Position numbers and translations under genes: made by a program. Below the pieces are notes generated by a model. The model searched no databases. It was not told the origin of the DNA and was given only the letters and a program-made list of their open reading frames with translations. A stretch of DNA of 64,000 nucleotides from an uncultured bacterium (lineage in GTDB: Bacteria; Zixibacteria; MSB-5A5; CAIYYT01): positions 416,001 to 480,000 of the forward strand of contig CAVSCK010000005.1 in assembly GCA_963726455.1 (NCBI GenBank), in the 5' to 3' direction. Each line of letters starts with the position of its first letter. Within the stretch, counting starts at the first letter, position 1. Below are positions 31,957 to 42,546 of the stretch, piece after piece.

Positions 31957-34900
31957 ATGACACCAAGACTCTCGGGGCTGTTTCTGTTCTTACTCATCGC
32001 AGTATCCCTTTATGGAGTCGGGTTTGCCGCCAATGCGGCCTACGATCAGGGCTCGCGCTCGGCGGAAGTCGGCGTATCCGGTACACACTGGAACTCGGAT
32101 CAGTTGCTGGACCGTCCCGGCTCAAGTTCAGCGGGGAAGCCGCATGCCTCTCCCCCATCTTCTATTGGATATTACATGTCTGCCAAACAGATCGGCTACA
32201 GTGCCATCGACCACCAGAGCAACCCGGGCAGAAATCAGAGACAGATTGCTGTCGGTTGCAGCGGCAATGTTCATAACGTGTTCATGTATGGCGAAGTCGA
32301 TTATTGGAGCGGTGGCTTTCGCGACATTCAGTATGTTGCATACGTTCCAATGTCGAACCCACCACTGCCGACCGACATAGGTCCGCCGACCTCCGGTTAT
32401 GCTTCGATCGCTACCAACCCGGTCAATGGTTTTGCGATCACGGCCTACCACTGGACTTCGCCAGATGCAACTTACGGCCGCTCGACGACACAGTGCGGAA
32501 TTCAGAGCTCCTGCGCCGGTCAGATTTTCGGCATGAGTGACTATCCGGTGCCTCCGTCGGCGCTGCCCCAACGACCGAACTGCCAGAATATCAAGACCGG
32601 TTTTCCGGCAACTATTGAGGAGAGTTATATTTGGCCTTCCGTGGCAGGTGACGTGAATTCTAGTTCCGGCAGACCGATAGCTCATCTTCTTTCGGGTGAA
32701 TATGCCGGCGGCACAACTTCGCCGGGCCGTGACACCACCGGTCGTTATTCATTGGTATACTACAAATCTTTTGACGATGTCGTGGGTCCGTCGGCGACTT
32801 GTGGTATGTTCATGGACTCTATTTCGAGCAACGTGTATGAAGTTGTCGCCAGCCCGGTCTCCAACAAAGTGGCTTTGGTCTACCTCTATCCGAGATTCTG
32901 GACCGCCAATATGATGGCCCGTAACTGGGGCGATGATGACTATATCGTTTACAGAGAATCCTGGGATTTAGGCGCCACCTTTGGACCGCGCACTATCGTG
33001 CGGCAATTTCTGCCCACGGAGGATAGTATTGTCGGCACCGGCGGCGCAGTTTATGTCATGCGCGCGAACGAGATTTCGCCTTTGTACGACAACAACGATT
33101 GTCTCCATGTTCTCTACACGACCATGTGGAATGACACCGTCGGTCATACTTATCTGATCTATCCTTCGAAGTTGTTCCACTGGAGTTCCTGCAATTCTGC
33201 CTGTCAGGTGTTGTTGAAAGATGCCTCGAATTACGGCTCGAACAATTACTGCCGTCCTCCGGGATATCAGCTCAACATCTCCAAACCCAGCTTGTCCGAG
33301 TGTCTGCAGGGCGGCAACAGACGTTTGTATGCCGTATATTTGTTGAACCCCGACTATCAGACCGCCGATTCGGCATACACTGATTGTGGTGCCGAGGTCA
33401 ATCCCGGCGCTCAGAGATACGTCAACTACGAAATCTTCTCGCAGGCTTCCACCAGTTCGAGCGGTGATCTGTGGAGTGCGCCAGTTAACTTGTCAAATAC
33501 CCGTTCGGACAATTGCGCCACCGGTACCTGCAACGCGGAAGCTTTCTCCAGCACTGCGGAACAAGTGTCCGACTCTCTGAGAATTCAGTACATGGTTGAT
33601 AAGTCGCCGGGAGACTACTTTTACGCACAAGGCGCTGCGGTTATTAACCCGATCATGAACATGTCCTATCCGTGCTTCGCGGTTGCCACCGATGCGTCAT
33701 TGTTCGCGGAACCTACCGAGAGACTCTGGCCCTTTCGCACAACTCCGGCCGCCGGTCCCTCCCACACCGCTACTTTCCCGATCACGCTGACCAATGTAGG
33801 TAACATCTCCGCTGACTACGTCAGAACGGTTGCTTACACTCCGGCCACTTCATGGATGACCTTCGACGTTCCGGCCACGAGTTCAGTCCCTGCCGGTTGC
33901 ACCAATAGCCAGACGACAAACGTGACCGCTACCGGTCCGGCAATGGAAGGACTCTACAAGGCCACGATCACCTGGAGCTGGATGTCGAAGACTCTCAACT
34001 TCCCGGTCGAACTGTACAATTTCACCACCTGGTACCTGGAAGCGAATCTGGATATTCGCACCGCCACGTTCAGAATGGCCACCAATCAAAACACCCGTGT
34101 TGGGGGCCGCAAAGCTGGTTACGCCTTCCATTACTTCAGCGATGCTTCCAATGTGGATTACTTGCCCGATGGTTCGCTTCTGATAGGCACCGATAGCTTG
34201 CATATGAGCACGTCGATCTTCTCCGACAGCACGGGCGTTTTCGGTTCGCATGCCGGCAGAATCGGTCGTTTATTCTGCCTGAGCGGCATGTCGTACGACT
34301 CGATCGGCAATTCCTCATACCGCCATTCATGGGGCGTGGGCTGCAATCGCGATTCATCGATTGCTTTTGACGTGGATTTCTATGCCCCGAAGTTCGTCGA
34401 CAGCAGCGACTTTATGGTGGCGAGGTTCGTGTTCTATTCGGGTCCAAAGAATCCGGGAGCCACCATCAATAATGTCATGATCTCTTACGCGTGCGATTTC
34501 GACGTTCCGGATGACAGCGCGGACAACCAGTCCGGAACCGATGAAAGTCGTCAGATGGTCTACCAACGAGGAACGTGGGGCGCCAACGCCAACCGCTATG
34601 CCGCTCTTGCCGGCGTGCGCGGCGACGGTGGCCCGCTAGAAGCGGGCTTTGTACAGGACAACAATTCCACCGTGTATCGTGTACAGGGCTATGTAAATGA
34701 CTCTATCTGGAAGAAGATTCAGTCCGCGAACGGATACACGGCGTTTACCGGTGAGGCCCAGGATCTGAATTCGATTCTCGTGTTCGAAAAGACGGTGACG
34801 ATCACCCCGAAGTCCACGGGAAATTTCACAATATACGTGATCTTCGCCGGACAGCCACAAGACGGCGGATCTTTTGCCGGCCTGCAATCCGCGGTTGACA

Positions 34901-35187
34901 AAGCCAGGGAATTCCTGTGCGGCTATGTTCTGCCGCCTCCCAAGCCGTATTGGTGTTACGTTTGTACCGACTGCGGCGATGCCAACAGCGACGGTCATAT
35001 CTCAGTAAGTGATCCCGCTTTCTTATTGACGTACATTTTCTATGGCGGACCGGCCCCAGGTACTTGCCAATATCCAGAAGGGAAGGGAGACGCCAATGGC
35101 GATGGCCATGCTGATTTTTCTGACCTGGTGTACTTGGTGCAATACATTTTTGCAGGCGGTCCGGCTCCGCACTGTATGGTGAGGTAG
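31957..35187 (+). CDS. Large secreted Cys-rich protein with C-terminal dockerin
   Basis: Signal peptide, an Asp-box-like ESWDLGATF, C-terminal dockerin CGDANSDGHISVSD...GDANGDGHADFSD. Confidence 0.88.
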   Translation: MTPRLSGLFLFLLIAVSLYGVGFAANAAYDQGSRSAEVGVSGTHWNSDQLLDRPGSSSAGKPHASPPSSIGYYMSAKQIGYSAIDHQSNPGRNQRQIAVGCSGNVHNVFMYGEVDYWSGGFRDIQYVAYVPMSNPPLPTDIGPPTSGYASIATNPVNGFAITAYHWTSPDATYGRSTTQCGIQSSCAGQIFGMSDYPVPPSALPQRPNCQNIKTGFPATIEESYIWPSVAGDVNSSSGRPIAHLLSGEYAGGTTSPGRDTTGRYSLVYYKSFDDVVGPSATCGMFMDSISSNVYEVVASPVSNKVALVYLYPRFWTANMMARNWGDDDYIVYRESWDLGATFGPRTIVRQFLPTEDSIVGTGGAVYVMRANEISPLYDNNDCLHVLYTTMWNDTVGHTYLIYPSKLFHWSSCNSACQVLLKDASNYGSNNYCRPPGYQLNISKPSLSECLQGGNRRLYAVYLLNPDYQTADSAYTDCGAEVNPGAQRYVNYEIFSQASTSSSGDLWSAPVNLSNTRSDNCATGTCNAEAFSSTAEQVSDSLRIQYMVDKSPGDYFYAQGAAVINPIMNMSYPCFAVATDASLFAEPTERLWPFRTTPAAGPSHTATFPITLTNVGNISADYVRTVAYTPATSWMTFDVPATSSVPAGCTNSQTTNVTATGPAMEGLYKATITWSWMSKTLNFPVELYNFTTWYLEANLDIRTATFRMATNQNTRVGGRKAGYAFHYFSDASNVDYLPDGSLLIGTDSLHMSTSIFSDSTGVFGSHAGRIGRLFCLSGMSYDSIGNSSYRHSWGVGCNRDSSIAFDVDFYAPKFVDSSDFMVARFVFYSGPKNPGATINNVMISYACDFDVPDDSADNQSGTDESRQMVYQRGTWGANANRYAALAGVRGDGGPLEAGFVQDNNSTVYRVQGYVNDSIWKKIQSANGYTAFTGEAQDLNSILVFEKTVTITPKSTGNFTIYVIFAGQPQDGGSFAGLQSAVDKAREFLCGYVLPPPKPYWCYVCTDCGDANSDGHISVSDPAFLLTYIFYGGPAPGTCQYPEGKGDANGDGHADFSDLVYLVQYIFAGGPAPHCMVR

Positions 35188-35189
35188 TC

Positions 35190-37007
35190 ATGAAGAATAC
35201 ATGGTTCTTACAGATTGTTGTGCTGTTCGTGCTCACCTCGGCCCCATCTGCTCGAGCGGCCGAAGTCCATCTCGTTTGTCCGGTTAATGTTCCAAGTAGT
35301 CAACTGGTGCCCGGCGACTCGATAAGAGTGCAGGTGCTATTTGACTGCAGCATACCGGTTGGTGCATTCAGCCTTGGGTTCGAGGTCGATAACCCGTACC
35401 TCGAGATAACTTCGGTTGATACCGCAGGAACCGTCGTCCCTCCTGGATCGTCAGATTACTTGTTCTTCTATCACCCGGCGCCAAACAAATGCCTGGTTGG
35501 CTGGTTGCTCGGGGTCTACTCATCCGAAATTCTGCCCCAGCCCGGTCTACGGCTGTTGTTCTCTTTGAATTTCCGAATGTTGCCGGGTATCCGACCAGGC
35601 ACAGCGAATATTCAGTCTGCATTTATTCCTCCGGCAGGCCCGTTCGTGTTTACTGCCTTTCCGGGCTGCTACGACATCGAACCGCTCTACTATGACTGCG
35701 GGACGGCGGACATTGTTCTGGGAGGTGTCACTATTACCAGTGATCCTTCCTTCAATCTCTGTCCCGGCGCTGACGCACCGTTTCGAGTCAAGATCATCGA
35801 TGAACTCGGCGAACCCGTGGTTGGCGATAACGGCTTCTCGGTGAACTTTCAGAGCTGCGGGAGCGTGCGGAGTTGCACTGCTCCCGGTCTTCCCGGGACA
35901 ATCTATCCACTGGCTCCGACCAACGAACAAGGTGTCGTAACTTTCTACGCAAGTGGTCTCCAGTGTGTACAGGCCTGTCGTGCCATTGTCATGCATGATG
36001 GAAATCAAGTCGCCGACGTTCCTGTGCGATCCTTTGATGTTGACGGCGACTCGACTGTCCGTCTCGACGACTGGGACACGACCTCCGTCTGCGTGGATTT
36101 CACCGGCAACGGCGCCATCGACCACAATGATATCGACCTCTTCGAACAACATCGAGGTCATGGTTGCCAGCCCGACCCGTGCGAGCTCTTCGGATACAAT
36201 TTCATATTGAACCCGAGCGAAAACCTCGATTCGGGCGCCGTGGTGAATTTGAGTCTCTCGTTGTCCAATAACAATATGGCTCAGTCGTGTTATATCGGCG
36301 TCATCAGCTATTATATGGGCGCTTTCGGCACGGATGCTACGGATTCATTGCTCGGTTGGATCTATTACAACAGCAACCTCTCACCCGGCCAACAGGACAC
36401 GACCGAGGAATTCCAGTACCGGATTCCGGGCTGGGGACCGCGGTGTCTCAAAGCCAGGTTCACAACGCCGTGTTGTGCATCGACTGTTCAGTTGATCAGG
36501 TGTATCGACGTCAAGCGGCCCTGCGATCCCGACTCGAGTTTGTGCTATCACTTCAGCATCGACCTGGCGCGTGCCACCAAGAAATGCTACCGCTACCCGG
36601 ACCTGCCCGTCAACTGGCGGATCGAGGATTTGCCACCCGGAAGTTTCCCATACAACGGAACACCCGGTCCGGCGACTATCGACTACCTCATCTGTACGGC
36701 AGCCGGAGCTAGTCTCGGTGACACCGGGTCGGTGATGATCTACGTTGAAGAATACTCGGGGCTCGTGTGGCCGTTTGTGAATCGGGTGGTCATTACGTCC
36801 AACACTGGCGATGCCAACGCCGATTGCTTCGTTGACATCTCAGATGCGGTCTACTTGATCGCTTACATATTCAGCGGCGGTGCCGAACCCAAACCCTATG
36901 CTGCGGGCGATCCCAACTGTGACGGCTTCGTGGATATCTCTGATGTCGTTTACCTGATCACCTATATCTTCTCGACGGGAGTGCCGCCATGCATTGTCGA
37001 GCCGTGA
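35190..37007 (+). CDS. Secreted protein with N-terminal cohesin-like domain, internal EF-hand-like pair and C-terminal dockerin
   Basis: Signal peptide, PGDSIRVQVLFD...AFSLGFEVD...LEITSVD (cohesin-like), DVDGDSTV/DFTGNGAID, dockerin GDANADCFVDISD. Confidence 0.82.
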   Translation: MKNTWFLQIVVLFVLTSAPSARAAEVHLVCPVNVPSSQLVPGDSIRVQVLFDCSIPVGAFSLGFEVDNPYLEITSVDTAGTVVPPGSSDYLFFYHPAPNKCLVGWLLGVYSSEILPQPGLRLLFSLNFRMLPGIRPGTANIQSAFIPPAGPFVFTAFPGCYDIEPLYYDCGTADIVLGGVTITSDPSFNLCPGADAPFRVKIIDELGEPVVGDNGFSVNFQSCGSVRSCTAPGLPGTIYPLAPTNEQGVVTFYASGLQCVQACRAIVMHDGNQVADVPVRSFDVDGDSTVRLDDWDTTSVCVDFTGNGAIDHNDIDLFEQHRGHGCQPDPCELFGYNFILNPSENLDSGAVVNLSLSLSNNNMAQSCYIGVISYYMGAFGTDATDSLLGWIYYNSNLSPGQQDTTEEFQYRIPGWGPRCLKARFTTPCCASTVQLIRCIDVKRPCDPDSSLCYHFSIDLARATKKCYRYPDLPVNWRIEDLPPGSFPYNGTPGPATIDYLICTAAGASLGDTGSVMIYVEEYSGLVWPFVNRVVITSNTGDANADCFVDISDAVYLIAYIFSGGAEPKPYAAGDPNCDGFVDISDVVYLITYIFSTGVPPCIVEP

Positions 37008-37177
37008 AGTGAGTCCAGAAATGAGGTTCGCGGTCGGGACGCTATGCCGATGATTCTGTGAAAGTTGCGGAGAAGATCGCCTGCGCTTTGGGCGCAGGCG
37101 ATCCCGTTTCCACTTTACAAATACTATATGTTTGACTATATTAGTGTAGAAGCAGTCAATATCTCTTGGGAGGAACT

Positions 37178-38410
37178 ATGGGGTACCGTCCCGGTGCGGC
37201 GCGCGTCAGCGCGTTTGGCGCACTTCTGTTTGTCCTGCTATTCCTAGCGGGATCGGCCATTGCGGTCGCTGCGGCTAAAGAACAGGATTCGCCTGCCAAT
37301 TCAGTCCAGCTGCACACGGCTCAGATTGAACTCAGCGTTTCGCCATCCAGCCGGACTTCCGGGCTGTACTACTTCGGTGAAGGGCTGGACTACCTGCGTG
37401 ACGGTTCACTGATCATTGGCACCTCAGCCAATGATCTGAGTATGTTGATCTATTCCGATTCGCTGGGCAATGCCGGTGATCCGGCAATTGGACCGCTCTA
37501 TGGCCTTGGCGAAATCAGCATTGACTCCACCAGCAGTTCCAGCTACAGACATGCCTGGGGCAAAGGGTGCAACCGCGACAGTTCGATTGGCTTTGATATC
37601 GACTTCTTCGCCCCCAAGTCTACCGATTCGGCGGAATTTGTATTAGGCGTCGTCAAGTTCTATGCCGGCGACAAAAACCCTGATGCAACGATCAGCGGCG
37701 TTACGATTGCCTACGCGGCCGATTTTGATGTGCCGGATGCCGCCGGAGCCAACGCCGGCGGAATTGACGAAGCGAGAAGTGTGTTTTATCAGCGGGGTGT
37801 CAATGGAACCGGTAATACTCGATTTGCAGGCATAGCGGCATATCGGGATGACTATGCTCAGATCGATGGCGGAGTTATACTCGACAATGCCACCTGGGTG
37901 AATGGGCATGGCGGCTACCAACATGACAGCATTTGGCAAAAGATTCAGACGGCACAAGGGTTTGAAACCTTTCAAGGGACGCCGACCGATTTGAATACGA
38001 TACTCACCATAGGTCGTAATATCACAATTCGCCCCAAGTCGACTGGTGTCTTTACGATCTACTTGTTTCTCGCGACCCAACCGGAGGGCGGGACTCTAAA
38101 CGAGTTACAGTTTCATTTCGACATGGCAAAGGTGTTTATATGCAGTCATGTGATTACGTATGGCCTGTTTTGCATGGAACATTGGAATTGTGGGGATGCC
38201 AATAGTGATGATTTCTTTGACATCTCAGACGCCGTATTCTTGATTCAATACATCTTCGCGGGAGGCCCCGCACCGGCCACCTGCATGTATCCCCTTGGCC
38301 GAGGCGATGCGAATGGAGATTGTGCCGTTGATGTATCTGACGCCGTGTTTTTGATACAGTATATCTTTGCCGGCGGACCCGCGCCAGCTTGCGGTTATGG
38401 ATGCCAATAG
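37178..38410 (+). CDS. Secreted dockerin protein, paralog of the C-terminal part of 31957-35187
   Basis: Shared blocks DYL.DGSL.IGT, SSYRH.WG.GCNRDSSI.FD.DF.APK, Y.(A/C)DFDVPD and DSIW.KIQ. Dockerin at the C-terminus. Confidence 0.88.
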   Translation: MGYRPGAARVSAFGALLFVLLFLAGSAIAVAAAKEQDSPANSVQLHTAQIELSVSPSSRTSGLYYFGEGLDYLRDGSLIIGTSANDLSMLIYSDSLGNAGDPAIGPLYGLGEISIDSTSSSSYRHAWGKGCNRDSSIGFDIDFFAPKSTDSAEFVLGVVKFYAGDKNPDATISGVTIAYAADFDVPDAAGANAGGIDEARSVFYQRGVNGTGNTRFAGIAAYRDDYAQIDGGVILDNATWVNGHGGYQHDSIWQKIQTAQGFETFQGTPTDLNTILTIGRNITIRPKSTGVFTIYLFLATQPEGGTLNELQFHFDMAKVFICSHVITYGLFCMEHWNCGDANSDDFFDISDAVFLIQYIFAGGPAPATCMYPLGRGDANGDCAVDVSDAVFLIQYIFAGGPAPACGYGCQ

Positions 38411-38448
38411 ACGGCGTCGGGGTTCGACCTGAAGTGAACTAATAGTCG

Positions 38449-38482
38449 GGCCGCCTGCGGAATTTCACAGGCGGCCTTATTT
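38449..38482. terminator. Intrinsic terminator between the dockerin gene and the convergent tRNA
   Basis: GGCCGCCTG...CAGGCGGCC followed by TTATTT. Confidence 0.65.
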
Positions 38483-38557
38483 GGTAGCGCTACGGGGAGT
38501 CGAACCCCGGTTTGATGGCTGAGAACCACCCGTCCTGGACCACTAGACGATAGCGCC
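38482..38557 (-). tRNA. tRNA-Glu(CTC)
   Basis: Reverse complement reads GGCGCTA...GGTGG-TT-CTC-AG-CCATC...GGTTCGACTCC...TAGCGCT-A-CCA. Confidence 0.93.
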
Positions 38558-38787
38558 ATCGGTCTCTTCTAACAAGCAGCGCCGCTGCGTCCTATGCCTG
38601 CGGATGATCGCTGCCTGCCCATGCGTACATGGGAGTGGACAAATAAGCCGAACCGGCACCAAAGATCAAGCAGAATCTTGCGACCACTTATTCCCTTGAC
38701 AACTCCCAAGCGAATCAGATAACTTTCCGCGCTGATGACGACACACCTCGTGATGTTAACTCATTGCCGAGCATCGTCGTCGGTTGC

Positions 38788-38870
38788 GCGAGAGTGGCGG
38801 AATTTGGTAGACGCGCTGGACTTAGGATCCAGTGACTTCGGTCGTGGGGGTTCGAGTCCCCCCTTTCGCA
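38788..38870 (+). tRNA. tRNA-Leu(TAG)
   Basis: GCGAGAG acceptor stem, CTGGA-CT-TAG-GA-TCCAG anticodon arm, long variable arm, GGTTCGAGTCC T-arm. CCA is not encoded. Confidence 0.93.
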
Positions 38871-38968
38871 TTCTATGACAATTACGCGTAAGGCATTTTC
38901 TCCTTGCGCTTTCGCGCCGAAATCATTGATTTCCGGCTGTTATTGCCACACCGTGGCCGACATTAAGT

Positions 38969-39054
38969 GCGAACGTGGCGGAATTTGGTATACGCGCTAG
39001 ACTAAGGATCTAGTGGTGAAAGCCGTGGGGGTTCGAGTCCCCCCGTTCGCACCA
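38969..39054 (+). tRNA. tRNA-Leu(AAG)
   Basis: GCGAACG/CGTTCGC acceptor stem with ACCA end, CTAGA-CT-AAG-GA-TCTAG anticodon arm, long variable arm. Confidence 0.9.
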
Positions 39055-39073
39055 TCATCAGAAAGGATATATC

Positions 39074-40366
39074 TTGTCGATTACCTACCAACTCTCCGAG
39101 GGGGAGAAGTGCAAACGAACGCTGAAGATTGAAGTCTCCCACGATCGCGTCCAGGAAAAGTTCGATGAGATTTACCGTAAGCTAAAGTCCGACGCGGAAA
39201 TCCCCGGCTTCCGCAAGGGCAAGGCGCCCCTGACCATGATCAAGTCGAAATTCTCGGCGACAGCCGCCAAGGACGTACTGGAAGAGCTCGTCGACGAATC
39301 GTATGCCGAGGCATTGTCACAGTCGAAACTCGATCCGATTTCATATCCGAAGATCGTCGATGTCGACTTTCATGAAGACAAGCCGTTGGTATTCACCGCC
39401 GAACTAGAAATCAAGCCCGTTATAAAGCTGGAGAGATACACCGGCCTCACCCTGAGAAAACCGGATGATTCGGTGAAAGAGGGCGAAGTCAAGGAAATGC
39501 TCGAGTACTTGCAGCGCAAAAATTCCTCGCTCGAAAGCGTCGATCGCCCGGCAGCCGAGAATGACTTTGTCATCGCCGACCTCGAAGTTCTGGCGGACAG
39601 CGGCGGCACGGTCGGCGAAAAGGAATTTAAGGACGTTTCGCTGGAGCTGGCTTCGGGGGCGGTTGCAGGACAATTCCTGAGTACCCTCAGCGGGATCAAA
39701 GTTGACGACCAAAAAGAGGTCGAGATTGCCTATCCGGCCGATCATTTCGACAAACGTTTTGCTGGAAGTACCGTTAAGTTTCTAGTGCGCGTAAAGGCGG
39801 TGAAACAGTTGAATCTGATTCCACTGGACGAGGAGTTCTTTAAGCAGTTTGGCGACAGCGTCAAGAATCTCGACCAACTGAAGGAAGAGCTGAAGGCGGA
39901 TATCCAGCGTCGCAAAAATAAACGCGCCAGCGACGATTTGCGGGAAGAAGTGATAAAGGAAGTTATCGACAAAAACCGTTTCGACTTGCCCGATTCGCTC
40001 CTGGAACACTTTCTGGACAACGTGGTGGCCGACTATCGTGAACGCAACAAAGGCACGGTCGACGAGGATGAAATACGCAATCATTTCCGCCCCGTTGGTA
40101 TCAGGCAGATTCGCTGGGATATTTTGATGCACGAGATCGCAGAAAAAGAAAAAATTAAGGTCGAACAGGCCGACATCGATGAGTGGCTGCAACGATTTGC
40201 CGATAATTATAAAATGACAATCGACGAGGCAAAGAAGGCGGTTACGGATAACCGGCGGATTGCTGACGTTAAAGATACCATTCTGGAGCACAAAGTTATC
40301 GAATTCGTCACCTCCAACTCCACGGTTGAGACCGTATTCTCGCCGATGGTCAGTCCGGAAGAGTGA
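39074..40366 (+). CDS. tig: Trigger factor
   Basis: Ribosome-binding motif [10 protein letters not shown]. Lies upstream of clpP. Confidence 0.93.
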   Translation: MSITYQLSEGEKCKRTLKIEVSHDRVQEKFDEIYRKLKSDAEIPGFRKGKAPLTMIKSKFSATAAKDVLEELVDESYAEALSQSKLDPISYPKIVDVDFHEDKPLVFTAELEIKPVIKLERYTGLTLRKPDDSVKEGEVKEMLEYLQRKNSSLESVDRPAAENDFVIADLEVLADSGGTVGEKEFKDVSLELASGAVAGQFLSTLSGIKVDDQKEVEIAYPADHFDKRFAGSTVKFLVRVKAVKQLNLIPLDEEFFKQFGDSVKNLDQLKEELKADIQRRKNKRASDDLREEVIKEVIDKNRFDLPDSLLEHFLDNVVADYRERNKGTVDEDEIRNHFRPVGIRQIRWDILMHEIAEKEKIKVEQADIDEWLQRFADNYKMTIDEAKKAVTDNRRIADVKDTILEHKVIEFVTSNSTVETVFSPMVSPEE

Positions 40367-40388
40367 CGATTCGCAAGGAGGATCCGTT

Positions 40389-40979
40389 TTGTACGATCAA
40401 CTCATCCCGATAGTAGTGGAATCAACCGGCCGCGGCGAACGCGCCTATGATATTTATTCCCGCCTGCTGAAAGACCGCATCATTTTTCTCGGAACGCCGA
40501 TTGATGACAACGTCGCCAATCTGGTGATCGCTCAGATGCTGTTCCTGGCGGCGGAAGACCAGAACAAGGACATCTTCCTGTACATCAACTCTCCGGGCGG
40601 CATGGTTACGTCAGGTCTGGCGATCTATGACACCATGCAGTTTATCAAGCCAAAGGTTTCGACACTTTGCATGGGTCTGGCCGCATCAATGGGAGCTTTC
40701 CTGCTGGCAGCCGGCGAACCGGGCAAGCGGGCAGCGTTGCCTCACGCGCGCATCATGATTCATCAGCCGCTGGGCGGCGTGCAGGGCCAGGTTACCGATA
40801 TCGAAATTCAAACCAAGGAATTCGTTCACGCCAAGCAGCGTTTGAGCGAGTTGCTGTCCAAGCACACCGGTCAACCGATCGACAAAATTCTTCAGGACAC
40901 GGATCGCAATTTTTTCATGTCATCTGAAGAGGCGAAGTCCTACGGTCTCATTGACGAAGTCTACGAGAAAAGGCCGTAA
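40389..40979 (+). CDS. clpP: ATP-dependent Clp protease proteolytic subunit
   Basis: RBS AAGGAGG plus TTG start, [26 protein letters not shown] and IMIHQP motifs. Confidence 0.97.
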   Translation: MYDQLIPIVVESTGRGERAYDIYSRLLKDRIIFLGTPIDDNVANLVIAQMLFLAAEDQNKDIFLYINSPGGMVTSGLAIYDTMQFIKPKVSTLCMGLAASMGAFLLAAGEPGKRAALPHARIMIHQPLGGVQGQVTDIEIQTKEFVHAKQRLSELLSKHTGQPIDKILQDTDRNFFMSSEEAKSYGLIDEVYEKRP

Positions 40980-40997
40980 GGATTCGGAAAGGTCAAT

Positions 40998-42245
40998 ATG
41001 ACGTCAGGCAATAAGCGCGTAGAGCGCTGTTCGTTTTGCGGCAAAGATTCATACACCGTCCGCAAGTTGTTCTCAGGCTACAACGCATACATCTGTGATG
41101 AATGTATCTCCCTGACGCATGACCTGATTTCGGAAGAGCCGGTGCGTCGTGAACCCGCGCGGCCGTTCAAGCTGTCGAAACCGAAAGAGATCAAGTCGTT
41201 TCTCGATCAGTACGTAATCGGTCAGGAACAGGCCAAGAAGACCCTTTCGGTTGCAGTCTACAACCACTACCAGCGTCTCTTCCATCCGCAGGCAACAGCC
41301 GAAGTCGAATTGGAGAAATCCAATATCCTGATGCTGGGCCCAACCGGCACCGGCAAGACTTTGCTTGCGCAGACACTGGCGAAAATGCTGTCGGTACCGT
41401 TCAGCATAGCCGACGCGACGGTACTCACCGAAGCCGGTTATGTCGGCGAAGATGTTGAGAATATCCTCGTGCGACTGTATCAGGCCGCCGATTACGACAA
41501 AGTGCGCACCGAAACCGGCATTGTCTTTATAGATGAGATCGACAAGATCGCACGCAAGTCAGCCAATCCGTCAATTACCCGCGATGTCTCGGGTGAAGGC
41601 GTACAGCAGGGCCTGCTCAAGATTCTGGAAGGCACCGTCTCGAATATCCCGCCCAAGGGTGGCCGCAAACATCCGGAACAACCGTTCGTGCAGATCGACA
41701 CACGCAATATCTTATTCATCTGCGGTGGCGCATTTGACGGGCTGGACAAGATCATCGCTCGTCGAATCGGCAAACAGCAAGTCGGCTTCAAGGTCGATCA
41801 ATCCGTATCGGTCATCGATGATACGAATGCGCTGTTACACCTAGTCGAGCCGCAGGACTTGCTGGAGTACGGTTTGATACCCGAAATGATTGGCCGCCTG
41901 CCGGTCGTGACGGTATTGAATGAGTTGTCCGACGAAGCGCTGCTGCAAATCCTGACCGAACCCAAGAACAGTCTGATGCGCCAGTATCAGAAGATCTTCC
42001 AGATGGAAAGCATCGAATTGGAGATTACTCCCGAAGCGCTCAAAGCCGTGGTCGAGATCGCGCGCAAGCGCAAGACCGGCGCCCGCGCCTTGCGGTCGAT
42101 CTTCGAAGAAAAGATGCTCGAAATCATGTACGAAGCGCCCTCCTATCGCAACGTCGCCAAAATCGTCATCACCGCCGACTGCATTGCCAGTGGCGCCGCG
42201 CCTGTGATCGAGCGGAGCGCCAAATCGAATAAGCAGAGCGCGTAA
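40998..42245 (+). CDS. clpX: ATP-dependent Clp protease ATPase subunit
   Basis: Zn finger [34 protein letters not shown]. Confidence 0.97.
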   Translation: MTSGNKRVERCSFCGKDSYTVRKLFSGYNAYICDECISLTHDLISEEPVRREPARPFKLSKPKEIKSFLDQYVIGQEQAKKTLSVAVYNHYQRLFHPQATAEVELEKSNILMLGPTGTGKTLLAQTLAKMLSVPFSIADATVLTEAGYVGEDVENILVRLYQAADYDKVRTETGIVFIDEIDKIARKSANPSITRDVSGEGVQQGLLKILEGTVSNIPPKGGRKHPEQPFVQIDTRNILFICGGAFDGLDKIIARRIGKQQVGFKVDQSVSVIDDTNALLHLVEPQDLLEYGLIPEMIGRLPVVTVLNELSDEALLQILTEPKNSLMRQYQKIFQMESIELEITPEALKAVVEIARKRKTGARALRSIFEEKMLEIMYEAPSYRNVAKIVITADCIASGAAPVIERSAKSNKQSA

Positions 42246-42250
42246 ATTCG

Positions 42251-42476
42251 GTAGGTCAGGAGCCCGACTCTCAACTTCAGGTTCCGCTCGAATCACACCT
42301 GTCGCAATAATCCAAGGGAATAGCTGGTCTTGTCTCTGAGGGGTCCTGACATCCTGGCTGAATGCAAGATGTCGGGTTTCTCACTCCGTGTTGAGGTAAC
42401 CGATGTTGCTCCCATTAAGAGCGTTGGGCGGGCAAGCAGATAGTTCTGTCAGATATTCGTTCGGAACCCGACCTAC
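42251..42476. repeat. Long-loop REP doublet, copy 3 (solo copy, 21 kb from the RAYT gene)
   Basis: GTAG-GTCAGGA-(82 nt)-TCCTGAC-AT ... AT-GTCGGGTT-(86 nt)-AACCCGAC-CTAC. Confidence 0.88.
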
Positions 42477-42546
42477 GAAACTTGTGCCTGAATGACGCCC
42501 AAGCTACAGCTTGCAATGCGTCGGCTGGCGCATATATTGACGGAGC

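Noticed and set aside
38482-39054. tRNA cluster as a prophage or island attachment site
   Set aside because: No integrase and no duplicated tRNA 3' end were found in the window.
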